Assembly: GCA_050953885.1 (NCBI GenBank)
Contig: JBMNNJ010000002.1
Coordinates: 124,140-188,139 of the forward strand
Reading direction: 5' to 3'
DNA from: Patescibacteria group bacterium
GTDB taxonomy: Bacteria > Patescibacteriota > Microgenomatia > 0-14-0-10-38-17
Length of the DNA stretch: 64,000 bases
Shown here: one piece after another, positions 1-9,310 of the stretch
Position numbering within the stretch: the stretch's first letter is position 1
Layout: the number at the start of each line of letters is the position of its first letter
The notes under the pieces: model-generated
Database searches by the model: none
Seen by the model: only the letters and a program-made list of their open reading frames with translations
Told to the model about the DNA's origin: nothing
Position numbers and translations under genes: made by a program

Positions 1-1559
1 ACCTTAATACCCGTCTTTCTCCTCTTAACCCCTACAATCAGGGCCATTCTTTCTTTGTCTACGGCACCTTGCCTCTTTTTTTAAATAAAAAGCTCGCGCT
101 TGTTTTAAACCATGATAATTATGATGATTTTAATCTTCTTGGCCGCCAACTGGCCGCTTTTTTTGATTTAGGCACCCTTATTTTAGTAGGGCTTAGTGCT
201 AAAAAACTTCTCCCCGGCAAAAATTGGCTCTGGGCGCCTTTTTTCTATAGTATTTCCGTCCTGCCTATCCAGCTGGCCCATTTTTTTACCGTCGACCCTT
301 TTTTAAACTTTTTTCTTGTCTTAGCTTTTCTTTTCCTTGTTGACGCCCAAAAAAGTAACCGCCCTTTCTGGCTTGGCTTAAGCGGAATAGCTTTAGGGGC
401 AGCTTTGGCTTGTAAAGCAAGCGCCGCCCTTTTTTGCCCTCTTATTTTATTTTTTTTAATTTTAAAGCTTAAAAAAGAAAAAAGCCTGCAAAATTTTTTT
501 ATAAGGGGAATTGTTTTTTCTCTAACCTGCTTTTTTTCTTTCCGCCTTTTCCAGCCCTATGCTTTTACCGGTTTAATAAAACCCAATCCTCAATTTTTAG
601 CTAATTTAGCCGAGCTTCGTTCCTACCAAAACCCCGCCTCAACCTATCCTCCCAGCCTTCAGTGGGTAAAAAATAATCATCTTTTTTTCCCGGCTAAAAA
701 CCTTTTTCTTTTTGGTTTAGGACCTATTTTGGGAATAATAAGTTTGCTAAGCTTTTCCCTCACTCCCCTTTCCTTTTTCAAAAAAAGAAAAAATCTTTTT
801 CTTGCCTTTGCTTGGTTTATGGTTCTCGAAATTTTTGTTTTTCACGGCCTCCAGTTTGCCAAACCCAGCCGTTATTTCCTAACCTGTTTCCCTTTTCTTT
901 GCCTTACCAATGCCTACTTTATCAACTCCTCGGTCTTTTTAGGAAAGAAAAAATTATCGCCAAAACTTTTAAAAGCGGCCTTATTTTCTTTAATTATTAT
1001 TCTTTTAGTCTGGCCGCTTTCTTTTTTGCGTATTTATTGCCAACCCCACAGCCGGATAACCGCCTCCGCTTGGATTTACCAGCATCTTCCCACGGGGGCA
1101 ACCCTTTCCTGTGAATACTGGGATGATTGCCTTCCCCTTTTTCTGCCCAATAATAACCCCGCCGCCTATCAAAAAGAAATTATTGACTTTTACCCTCCTG
1201 ACGATGCTCAAAAATGGCAAAAAATTAACCAACAGCTGGCAAAAGTTGACTTCTTAATCATTTCCTCCAACCGTGTTTGGAAGCCAATGATGGAAAATCC
1301 CGAGCGCTACCCTCAAACCGCCCAATTTTATCAAGATCTTTTTGCCGGCCGCTTGGCTTGGGAAAAATTAGCCGAGTTCACCTCTTACCCCGGCTTTCCC
1401 CCTTTCGGCAAACCTTGGTTTATTTTTAAAGATGAAGAGGCCGAAGAATCTTTCACTGTCTACGACCATCCAAGAGTAATTATTTTTCAAAAAACCCAAG
1501 AAACAAAAGAGGAACAAAATTCCTTGTCCAGCTCTAATCGAAAAACTTTCACAAAATAA
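1..1559 (+). CDS. Multi-pass membrane protein, 5'-partial; putative glycosyltransferase-associated protein (PMT/DUF2298-like architecture with a C-terminal soluble domain)
   Basis: The ORF track starts at 69 with TTG, but the frame is open back to position 1 (…YNQGHSFFVYGT|LPLFLNKK), so the gene probably starts upstream of the window. Many hydrophobic TM segments are followed by a soluble C-terminal domain (EYWDD…). Confidence 0.5.
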   Translation, partial: LNTRLSPLNPYNQGHSFFVYGTLPLFLNKKLALVLNHDNYDDFNLLGRQLAAFFDLGTLILVGLSAKKLLPGKNWLWAPFFYSISVLPIQLAHFFTVDPFLNFFLVLAFLFLVDAQKSNRPFWLGLSGIALGAALACKASAALFCPLILFFLILKLKKEKSLQNFFIRGIVFSLTCFFSFRLFQPYAFTGLIKPNPQFLANLAELRSYQNPASTYPPSLQWVKNNHLFFPAKNLFLFGLGPILGIISLLSFSLTPLSFFKKRKNLFLAFAWFMVLEIFVFHGLQFAKPSRYFLTCFPFLCLTNAYFINSSVFLGKKKLSPKLLKAALFSLIIILLVWPLSFLRIYCQPHSRITASAWIYQHLPTGATLSCEYWDDCLPLFLPNNNPAAYQKEIIDFYPPDDAQKWQKINQQLAKVDFLIISSNRVWKPMMENPERYPQTAQFYQDLFAGRLAWEKLAEFTSYPGFPPFGKPWFIFKDEEAEESFTVYDHPRVIIFQKTQETKEEQNSLSSSNRKTFTK

Positions 1560-1625
1560 TAATAAATTCTTTTAATTTCAAGCCTGTTTTGTTTTCTTCT
1601 CTTATCATAAAGAAGCGTTCGCTTG

Positions 1626-3374
1626 TTATTTTTCTTTGCCTAAACCTTGATTAGAATTAAAAAACTCGTAAGTAACAAAAAGTTCTTCCTGATAATAATT
1701 ATGGCTTCTTAAAAAGCCCCCGGGGAAAAACGTCTCGACTTTTTTTAAATCGTCAAGCCTTTCGGGAAGAAAAATAAAAATATTCTTCCCTCCCTGATTC
1801 TTTACTTCCGGCAAAAGGTCATCAATCTCATCACTTTTTACATCCCTAACTTGGGCTTGGGGAGCCAGATATTCCCAAACAGGAACGCTTCGCCAACCCA
1901 TTCTTGAAGAATTTAAAAAGTAAAATTTTGTTTCCGGAGAAAAGGAGGCGGTATAATAGCCTGCTATTGTGGCGACTTTAGTATTGGTATCAATCGCCTT
2001 TACCCAAACGACATCAAGAAAGTAAGCCTTCAAATTAAAAAACATAAAAGCCGCTATTATTAAAGTTAAAATTATTTTGGAGAAAATAACACTTTGGTTA
2101 AACCTTAAAAACCGACTGAAGTGAACTATTCCCAAAGCGGTAACGATCATTATTACCGGAATAATGCTTAAAAGCCGATGGGTAAAATTCAAATCAGCTA
2201 AAATTGCGCTGTTAAAAGTGAGAACGGTAAGAATCCAAAGAAGCAAAAAATTACTCTCCTTTTTTTTAATTTTTAGCAATAAAGAAACCGCTCCCAAAAT
2301 AAAAAAAACATTAAAGGGAAAGGACAAAAAGGGACCACCGTAATGGTAATGAAAATCAAGAGGATAATAAACTAACGATCCCAAAGAACGACTAAGATTA
2401 AAGGGAAGTATTTCTAAAAATTCTCCCGGCTTGAGGCTTAAAAAAAGCGGCTTGCCGGCGGTGCCGGTATTAAAAATCTCGCCAAAACGGGTAAGAAAAA
2501 CAACCAAAGAAGGGCCTATCCCTAAAAAAAGACCCGCTAAAAAATAACCAATTTTTAAGCCCAAAAGAGGCCGCGAACGGTGAAAAGCCAAAAGCATCCA
2601 AATTAAAAAATAAATTGCCGTCAATAATAAAAACGCTCTGATTCCCTGGTAGAAATGAAAAGCCAATCCCATCGCTATTCCTAAAAAAAGCGGCGAGCGC
2701 TTTTCTTTTAAAGAATTCAACAATAAGATTGCCAACAAAGAAGACCAAAAAGAATCAAAAAGAGGCAAAAACTCGCTCCGGCTAAAATGAAGATGAACAT
2801 GATAAACGGCCATTAAAAGCGCCGCCGTTCTCCCCACCGGCGCCCCAAAACACTTTTTAGCCAAAAAATAGGTTAAGACCACTGTTAAAACTCCAAAAAA
2901 GGCCGCCCAAAAACGAATTGCCAAAACAGAATGGCCAAACAAAAGATGAGGAAGAGAAGAAAAAGCAAAAAATAAATTCGGGATGCCATAAACCCCATAG
3001 CCAAAGAAATCCTTTATTTCTCCTCTTAAGAATGCCTCGGGGAGAAATCCCGCGTCTCGTGTTTCGTCTCCCGACAAAAGAGGAATTTTTTCTAAATAAA
3101 AAAATCTCAAAAATGCCGAAAGAAAAACAAGAACCATTAAAAATAAAAGCTCGTTTCTATTAAAAAAACTTTTTTTCTCTTTTCTAAAAAAACCAAAAAA
3201 CAAAGGTATTATTGGCGTTAATATTGCCAAAAGCCACAAGGCCAATGCCCACCAGCGACAGGAAAAATCTTTATCAAGAGCATAAAGCCCCATCGCCAGA
3301 AGATTCAAAATTAAAGCCAGAATTAGAAAAAAAGGCGATGTTGTCTTTTTGTTTGTTTTTAAATACTTGTTCAT
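1626..3374 (-). CDS. GT39/GT83-family (ArnT/PMT-like) membrane glycosyltransferase
   Basis: 582 aa, ~12 TM. N-terminal region LLSGDETRDAGF…GYGVYGIPNLFFAFSS is typical of PMT_2 / ArnT-type lipid-linked sugar transferases. Confidence 0.6.
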   Translation of the reverse strand: MNKYLKTNKKTTSPFFLILALILNLLAMGLYALDKDFSCRWWALALWLLAILTPIIPLFFGFFRKEKKSFFNRNELLFLMVLVFLSAFLRFFYLEKIPLLSGDETRDAGFLPEAFLRGEIKDFFGYGVYGIPNLFFAFSSLPHLLFGHSVLAIRFWAAFFGVLTVVLTYFLAKKCFGAPVGRTAALLMAVYHVHLHFSRSEFLPLFDSFWSSLLAILLLNSLKEKRSPLFLGIAMGLAFHFYQGIRAFLLLTAIYFLIWMLLAFHRSRPLLGLKIGYFLAGLFLGIGPSLVVFLTRFGEIFNTGTAGKPLFLSLKPGEFLEILPFNLSRSLGSLVYYPLDFHYHYGGPFLSFPFNVFFILGAVSLLLKIKKKESNFLLLWILTVLTFNSAILADLNFTHRLLSIIPVIMIVTALGIVHFSRFLRFNQSVIFSKIILTLIIAAFMFFNLKAYFLDVVWVKAIDTNTKVATIAGYYTASFSPETKFYFLNSSRMGWRSVPVWEYLAPQAQVRDVKSDEIDDLLPEVKNQGGKNIFIFLPERLDDLKKVETFFPGGFLRSHNYYQEELFVTYEFFNSNQGLGKEK

Positions 3375-4201
3375 TTCTGCTTAGAAACGATCATGATTAA
3401 GTTTAAATACCTTTTTCCTCCAATCGCGCGGTTATTTATTTTTTCAAAGAAAGCGCTTCCCTTCAAAAGACCGTTGCTAAAAAAATTAGTCCCTTTTCCA
3501 CTTTTAAAGCGGTTAAGACTGGAAAACCATCCTTTTTCCACTAAATTTTTACCTAAGGCGTAAAAAAGAAAATGAGAAAAAGGGAAACAAAAAGAGGTTG
3601 TCTGCCGGCATTTTTCTACTTTTAAGCCCGCCCTTCTTACTTTTTTTGCCAATTCTTCATCGCTATAAAGCCGCCGGTGATCCGCCCAAATCCCCGCCAG
3701 CCACCAAACACGGCTGGGCAAATGAGCATGAAAGGCCCTTTCTAAAAAGAAATTTAGCGGATCCCAAAAGAAAGGATAATTTTTAGCCGGAACGGTAATA
3801 ATCGCTTTCCCTTCCCAAGATAAAACCCGATAAATTTCTTTTATCGCTTTTTCATCGTCTTCAAGATGCTCAAGAATTTCGCTGGCAATAATAAAGTCAA
3901 AAGCGTTATCTTTTAGGGGAAGCTTGGTAATATCTGCCTTAAGGTAAGCAACATTATCCGCCTGAACATAATTTCGAGCTTTTTTAAGATAACCACTATT
4001 TTTATCAACTCCTAAAATTTTTGCTTCGGGCAAAAGTTTTCCGGCCGCTTTCAGATAAAAACCCCGTCCGCAACCAAGATCCAAAATTTTTTTAGGCCGC
4101 AACAAAGAAAGGTTTTCTAAAATTATTCTTGCCCTTAAACGAAAAGCATAATCAACCTCGCCAGCCAAAATTTTCTTAATTGCCGAAGAATAATTTTTCA
4201 T
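3371..4201 (-). CDS. Class I SAM-dependent methyltransferase
   Basis: Motif I LDLGCGRGFY, the acidic motif VDKNS, and DFIIASEILEHL (Methyltransf_11-like). Confidence 0.75.
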   Translation of the reverse strand: MKNYSSAIKKILAGEVDYAFRLRARIILENLSLLRPKKILDLGCGRGFYLKAAGKLLPEAKILGVDKNSGYLKKARNYVQADNVAYLKADITKLPLKDNAFDFIIASEILEHLEDDEKAIKEIYRVLSWEGKAIITVPAKNYPFFWDPLNFFLERAFHAHLPSRVWWLAGIWADHRRLYSDEELAKKVRRAGLKVEKCRQTTSFCFPFSHFLFYALGKNLVEKGWFSSLNRFKSGKGTNFFSNGLLKGSAFFEKINNRAIGGKRYLNLIMIVSKQK

Positions 4202-5849
4202 AGGAAGAAAGCGACTCTTGGGAACTAAATTTCTTCTTTACTAAGGGATAGCGGGCTGAATATTTTTGGGGGGTTTCCAATACCTTGATAATTCCTGCTG
4301 CTAAAGAACGACTGCTTCCGGCCTTAACCAAAACACCAAAACCGGTTTCCTCAACTAACTGTCTTGCCCCGGGAATATCGGTGCAAACAACCGGAGTTCC
4401 CGATAAAGCCGCCTCAATTTGGGCCGAGGGAAAGCAATCGCTGCGGGAAGAAATCACAAAAACATCAAGCATTTTATAAAAACTGGCCAGTCTTTTCTTC
4501 GACTTTATCAAGCCCAAAAAACAAAGGTTTTCTTTATATTTCTTAATTAACGGTAAACATTGCTGATAAAAATTTTCATATTCAATATCTGTTTTCCCCG
4601 CAAAGACAAAAATTGTTTCCGGAAATTTTTCAAGAACATCGGGAATAGCCTTCAATAAATAATCAAAGCCTTTTTCCTCCACAAAACGGCCAGCAAAACC
4701 AACTAACTTTTTGCCCTCTAAGTGATTTTCCCTCTTAATTTCTTCGATAATTGCCTTATCGGGAGCAGGAATTTCCACCGGCGCTTTTATAAAAATCAAT
4801 TTCTTGCCAAGCCGAGATAAAAGAGAAGAACTGCGGGCATAATCTTCTGTTTGAGCAATAATTCCGTCACTTGCCTTTGCCGACCAATAAGTTAACCAAT
4901 AATAAGTCTTTTCCAAAAGACGATTGAATAGTCCTTTAGGCAAAATCAAGTCGCCGTTGTGAGTTAAATACACTTTTTTACCCAATAGCTTTCCTATTAT
5001 TGTTGCCGGTAAAACTTCGGCAAAGGGCAAATGGATACTAATTACTTGATATCGGTCTTTTTCTTTTACCATTTGCCAGATAATGCCGGGGGTTAAAACC
5101 GATCGGCTTAGCTTTAAAAGAGGAGCAATTCTTCTTATCTTTACCCCCTGAAAAACAGCCTTTTTTTCAAGCAGGGGGTCGTGTTGAGATGTTAAAACAT
5201 AAGCCCGATAACCCCTCTTGGCCATAAAACAAGCTATCCGCTGGGCATAAACGGTTAAACCTGTCCAGTGAGGATAATAAAAGGTAAGCAAAAATAAAAC
5301 ACCGTCGGAAGGCTTATCTTGGGGAATAATTTTAGAAAAATAATCACCTAAATCACCATCTTTTTTTATTAAAAACGCCGATACTCCTTTAGATTTTAAA
5401 TAGTTAACCGCTTCCTCATCATCCTCAAAAAAATAATCCAAATTTAGCTCTTTAATAATTCTTTCTTTAAAAAGATGCGGCTGTTCGTTACCTAAATTAA
5501 TAAAAACAGCTTTAAAAAGATTTCCTAGGCCTCTTTTTTTAAGCCAACAATCGGTTTCTAAAGTTAAAAAAGAGTAACGACCGGAAATAACATAAAGTTC
5601 ATATTTCTTTGAATTTAATTTTTTAATAAAATTAATATTTTGACGCAGGGGAGGGCGAAAAAGATAAAAATGGGAAAATTTTCTCACGTATTGTTCGAAC
5701 AAACTTTTGGGGAAGCGGAAGTGAAGAGAAGAGTTGGCCGGTTTTTTAGTTAAAAATTCAATTAAACCCTTAGGCACTAACGGCGGCTTGCTCACAATCA
5801 CCCCATCAAGATCAAAGCCAATTCTAATTATTTTTCTTTCTTCTTCCAC
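4176..5849 (-). CDS. HAD-like hydrolase domain fused to a GT4 (group 1) glycosyltransferase
   Basis: N-terminus IGFDLDGVI (HAD motif I). C-terminal half has the GT4 signature LVGFAGRFVEEKGFDYLLKA…DVFVISSRSDCFPSAQIEAALSGTPVV. Confidence 0.7.
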   Translation of the reverse strand: MEEERKIIRIGFDLDGVIVSKPPLVPKGLIEFLTKKPANSSLHFRFPKSLFEQYVRKFSHFYLFRPPLRQNINFIKKLNSKKYELYVISGRYSFLTLETDCWLKKRGLGNLFKAVFINLGNEQPHLFKERIIKELNLDYFFEDDEEAVNYLKSKGVSAFLIKKDGDLGDYFSKIIPQDKPSDGVLFLLTFYYPHWTGLTVYAQRIACFMAKRGYRAYVLTSQHDPLLEKKAVFQGVKIRRIAPLLKLSRSVLTPGIIWQMVKEKDRYQVISIHLPFAEVLPATIIGKLLGKKVYLTHNGDLILPKGLFNRLLEKTYYWLTYWSAKASDGIIAQTEDYARSSSLLSRLGKKLIFIKAPVEIPAPDKAIIEEIKRENHLEGKKLVGFAGRFVEEKGFDYLLKAIPDVLEKFPETIFVFAGKTDIEYENFYQQCLPLIKKYKENLCFLGLIKSKKRLASFYKMLDVFVISSRSDCFPSAQIEAALSGTPVVCTDIPGARQLVEETGFGVLVKAGSSRSLAAGIIKVLETPQKYSARYPLVKKKFSSQESLSSYEKLFFGN

Positions 5850-5999
5850 CCCTTGCTAAGTTAAATTTCATCTATTATAACAAGTTTTCCACCCTTTTAA
5901 TAAAATAGTATTATTTTTAGCAAAGTGAAAAAATTATGATAGAATGGATAAAGTTTACCTCCTGAAGAAGCATAAATTTTTAATAGGTTACAACATTAT

Positions 6000-6629
6000 A
6001 TGAGCGAAGGCGGTATCAGCCCTGAAATTAATGAAAAAGAGATCGAGCCAATCGAATTACTGGCGAGAAGGCTTGATGAAAGAGTGGGCAAAAAAGAAGG
6101 CATTTCTATTTCCCAGACATGGGAATACCGGGAAAGAGTGAGGGCTAAATATCAACTGCCTGAATGCGCCGGACGCTGGGAAAATCCTGTCGGCTATATT
6201 GACAAAATTACCAAATTTGCGAAAGAGAAGGGTATTCCCATCAGGCCAAAGGATGAATTTCAGCCTTTTTTTGAAAAATACAAAAACGCTAAGGCAGCCA
6301 TTATTGATAATAACTTAGTGGTGGAGAAAGCGTCAGGATCAGATTGGTTTGCCCTAAGAGCCCTGGCAAACCAGCTCTCTCACGAGATTGTCCACGGCTT
6401 ACAAAATCAAAAATATCCCCGTATGTCCGACGAAGAGGCAGAAAGAGAAGCTTTTTATTACCAAATGATCACCCCCGACACAATCAGAAGATACAAAGAC
6501 AATCCCGAATTCCTTCATCACTTCATTAATAAAATTGTGGAGGCAGATATCAAGACTTCCTGCGCAAACGATCAAGCAATCAGAGAAGAGCAGTCCCCTC
6601 CAGCAAACAACAATCAAGAAGAGGAATAA
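6000..6629 (+). CDS. Hypothetical acidic protein with an HEXXH motif (possible small zinc metallopeptidase-like protein)
   Basis: 209 aa with no TM segments and an SHEIVHG (HExxH) motif. Otherwise no recognisable family. Confidence 0.4.
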   Translation: MSEGGISPEINEKEIEPIELLARRLDERVGKKEGISISQTWEYRERVRAKYQLPECAGRWENPVGYIDKITKFAKEKGIPIRPKDEFQPFFEKYKNAKAAIIDNNLVVEKASGSDWFALRALANQLSHEIVHGLQNQKYPRMSDEEAEREAFYYQMITPDTIRRYKDNPEFLHHFINKIVEADIKTSCANDQAIREEQSPPANNNQEEE

Positions 6630-6659
6630 AATGTGACTAGGGTATAAATATGACGAGGC

Positions 6660-6895
6660 AAAATTTAACCGCCTCCTTTTGGAGTAGCGCCATTTCCACC
6701 AGAGGCGGATAAATATTGCGCGCCAGTCCATTCGCTCATTCGCATCTATTCGTTTCCCATTCGTGTTTCCGGCGCGGGCTAAAGCCCGCTACTCCATTTT
6801 TTGGAATAGCGCACTTTAGTGCGCGCCAACAATGAAACAATGAAACAATGAAACAATTTATCACTTTAGCAGTTTAACAATCCAGCATTATGGTT
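6660..6895 (+). repeat. Composite intergenic repeat: large inverted repeat (GGAGTAGCGC…GCGCTACTCC), ATTCG-rich 48-bp element (6728-6770), and CAATGAAA x3.7 tandem with a TTTAACAAT motif
   Basis: The same composite element, in the same part order, recurs at 57640-57840. The ATTCG element alone has 8 copies in the window. Confidence 0.7.
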
Positions 6896-6908
6896 TAAAA
6901 TAGAAATT

Positions 6909-9008
6909 GTGCTGGCAAATGACTTTTTAAGCATTTTCTATTGGTGGTTTATTCTTTTTGGCCTCGGCATTGTTTTTCTGCCCCTGACAGCGAAAATTTT
7001 TGCCCGCTTTTACGATCGCGGCTATCTTTTTGCCAAAGTTTTGGGGTTGGGTATTTTGAGCTACTTCGTTTGGCTTTTTGCCCACCTGAAACTTATTCCT
7101 TTCACTCAAGTTTCTCTTCTGGCCGTTTTTGGAGGAACGGCCGTTATTTCGGCTATTTTTTTAGGCAGGAGAAAATCCCTTAAAAAGAATTTGGCCGGGA
7201 AAAACCTCAAATTAATCTTTTTGGGCGAGGAGTTAATTTTTTTTCTTGCTCTTCTTTTTTGGTGCTTTATCCGCGGTCATAACCCGGAAATCCAATCGTT
7301 GGAGAAATTTATGGATTATGGATTTTTAAATAGCATCCTGCGGAGCCGCTTTTTCCCCCCCGCTGATATGTGGTTTGCCGGCGAGGCGATTAATTATTAC
7401 TACTACGGCCATTATTTAGCCGCTTTTTTAACCAAACTTTCCGGCCTTGACTCCGCCGTTACCTACAACTTAATGATCGCCACCCTATTTGCCTTCACCT
7501 TTGCCCTTACTTTTTCCCTCACCAGCAATCTTTGCTTTTTCGTTCAAAAAAAACCGTCAAAGTCTAAAGGATCACAGCGAGCAACTATTATTTTTGCCGG
7601 TCTTCTTTCCGCTTTTTTAATCTGCTTTGCCAGCAATCTCCACACCCCTTACTATGTTCTAAAAAACGGCGCCCAGAAATACTGGTATCCCGACGCCACC
7701 CGTTATATTGGCTATAACCCGCCAACCAATGACAAAACAATCCATGAATTTCCCTCCTATTCTTTTATCGTCGCCGATCTTCATGGCCATGTTTCCGACC
7801 TTCCCTTTGTTTTCACCTTTCTTGCTCTCAGTCTTAGCCTTTTCTTAAATTTAAAAGATAAAAAAAGGGGGGCTTTAGTTTTGCCTTTTGCCTTTTGCGT
7901 TTTGAGTTTGTCTTTAATGTATATGACCAATGCCTGGGATTTCCCTATTTACCTGCTTTTATTAGGAATAACTCTTTTGGGGACAAACTTAATTCTTTTT
8001 TTCAAAACTAAAAAAACTCCCCCAAAATTCTCCCAATTTCCTCTGCTTTGGCCAATAGTTAAAACCGCCCTGCCTCTTTTGGGCGTTGTTATTCTTTGGT
8101 TTCTCTTCACCCTCCCTTTTAACCTGAACTTTACCCAAATTCCCCAAGGAATTGGCTTAGTCCACACCCACACCCCCATCTTCCAATTTTTTATCCTTTG
8201 GGGGGCGCTGCTTTTTTTCTCTCTTGCTTTTGCCATTTTCTTCTTTAAAAATCCTGATAAAAAGCCAGTTGATTATTTTGTTTCTTTTATGCTCCTAACC
8301 GCCTTTATCCTTCTTTTAATCCCCGAGGTAATTTATGTAAAGGATATCTATGGCGCCGATTATTATCGGGCGAACACGATGTTTAAATTTACTTATCAGG
8401 CTTATGTTTTGATGACCGTCGCGGTGGGTTTTATTATTTTTCGCCTCTTAAAGGCAATTTCCCAAAAAGCAGTTAAAATCTCCTTGGGAGCTCTTTTTTT
8501 CTTGCTTGTTTCTCTTCTTCTTTTCTATCCTTCCTTTTCTCTTCCCGGCTATTATGGAAAAATCGGCACCAAGAATTACCAAGGCCTTTACGGTTTAAAT
8601 TTTCTGGCGAAAAGCTACCCGGAAGATTATCAGGCAATTTTATGGCTTAAAGAAAATGTGAGCGGCCAGCCGGTAACTCTGGAAGCTCCGGGCGACAGCT
8701 ACACCAACTATAACCGCGTTTCCGCTTTTACCGGCCTGCCTACCATTCAGGGTTGGCTGGTTCACGAATGGCTCTGGCGAGGTGGTTATGACGAGCCGGC
8801 AAAGCGCGCCGCCGAGGTCGAAAAAGTTTACCAAAACGGCTCGTTTGTAGAGGCCAAAGAAATTTTAAACCGCTACCGGGTTGAATATATTTTCTTTGGC
8901 GCCTTGGAAAAAGAAAAATATCCCCAAGCCTCCTCCAAGCGCTTAGAGCAATTAGGCCAGCCGATTTACCAAGCCGGGGAAACGGTGGTTTATAAGATAG
9001 AAAGATAA
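6909..9008 (+). CDS. DUF2298 / Chlor_Arch_YYY-family integral membrane protein (glycosylation-associated)
   Basis: 699 aa, many TM segments, AINYYYYGHY motif, and a C-terminal soluble domain with GWLVHEWLWRGG. Confidence 0.6.
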   Translation: MLANDFLSIFYWWFILFGLGIVFLPLTAKIFARFYDRGYLFAKVLGLGILSYFVWLFAHLKLIPFTQVSLLAVFGGTAVISAIFLGRRKSLKKNLAGKNLKLIFLGEELIFFLALLFWCFIRGHNPEIQSLEKFMDYGFLNSILRSRFFPPADMWFAGEAINYYYYGHYLAAFLTKLSGLDSAVTYNLMIATLFAFTFALTFSLTSNLCFFVQKKPSKSKGSQRATIIFAGLLSAFLICFASNLHTPYYVLKNGAQKYWYPDATRYIGYNPPTNDKTIHEFPSYSFIVADLHGHVSDLPFVFTFLALSLSLFLNLKDKKRGALVLPFAFCVLSLSLMYMTNAWDFPIYLLLLGITLLGTNLILFFKTKKTPPKFSQFPLLWPIVKTALPLLGVVILWFLFTLPFNLNFTQIPQGIGLVHTHTPIFQFFILWGALLFFSLAFAIFFFKNPDKKPVDYFVSFMLLTAFILLLIPEVIYVKDIYGADYYRANTMFKFTYQAYVLMTVAVGFIIFRLLKAISQKAVKISLGALFFLLVSLLLFYPSFSLPGYYGKIGTKNYQGLYGLNFLAKSYPEDYQAILWLKENVSGQPVTLEAPGDSYTNYNRVSAFTGLPTIQGWLVHEWLWRGGYDEPAKRAAEVEKVYQNGSFVEAKEILNRYRVEYIFFGALEKEKYPQASSKRLEQLGQPIYQAGETVVYKIER

Positions 9009-9020
9009 ATTATTAAAAAA

Positions 9021-9236
9021 ACGCGAATTAACGCGAAAAATAAACTCAAATGTTAAATCGCAAAACTCAAAACTACAACTTAAAACTCAAATCTGAAAAA
9101 CACTTTTAAGTTCTAAGAAAGATTTAAGATTTGACATGTAGTTTTGCCATTTGCCATTTGCGTTTTGAGTTTATTTATTGTCTTTGAACTTTGATTTAGG
9201 TTTTGATTTTTGCGCTTTGCTCTTTGAGTTTGTCTG
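9021..9236. repeat. Long AT-rich imperfect palindromic element (AAAACTCAAA… / …TTTGAGTTTT family)
   Basis: The left arm is rich in AAAACTCAAAACT and the right arm is its reverse complement, centred near ACATGTAGTTTTG. Paralogous elements lie at 22552, 28585, 35040, 39290, 52236, 61010 and 62396. Confidence 0.7.
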
Positions 9237-9310
9237 TCACCTATAATAATTTAACCATTAAACATCCTTTATCAGAATTATAATCAACTGATATCATTTA
9301 TAATATTATT

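Noticed and set aside
812-1232. Small ORFs 812-1114(+) and 1005-1232(-) overlapping the first membrane protein gene
   Set aside because: They are alternative-frame or antisense ORFs inside a well-supported long ORF, with no independent evidence.
3212-3400. Various 60-100-aa ORFs in gene overlaps or inside repeats (for example 3212-3400, 6344-6731, 11752-12027, 25400-25866, 39077-39365, 57244-57583)
   Set aside because: They overlap stronger genes, tRNAs or repeat elements, have low-complexity translations, and have no motif support.
6831-6860. Short tandem repeat CAATGAAA x3.7 (and CAATGAAG x3 at 57797-57825) considered as a possible CRISPR-like or microsatellite array
   Set aside because: The units are only 8 bp with no spacers. 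They are always part of the larger composite intergenic repeat, so they are not CRISPR.
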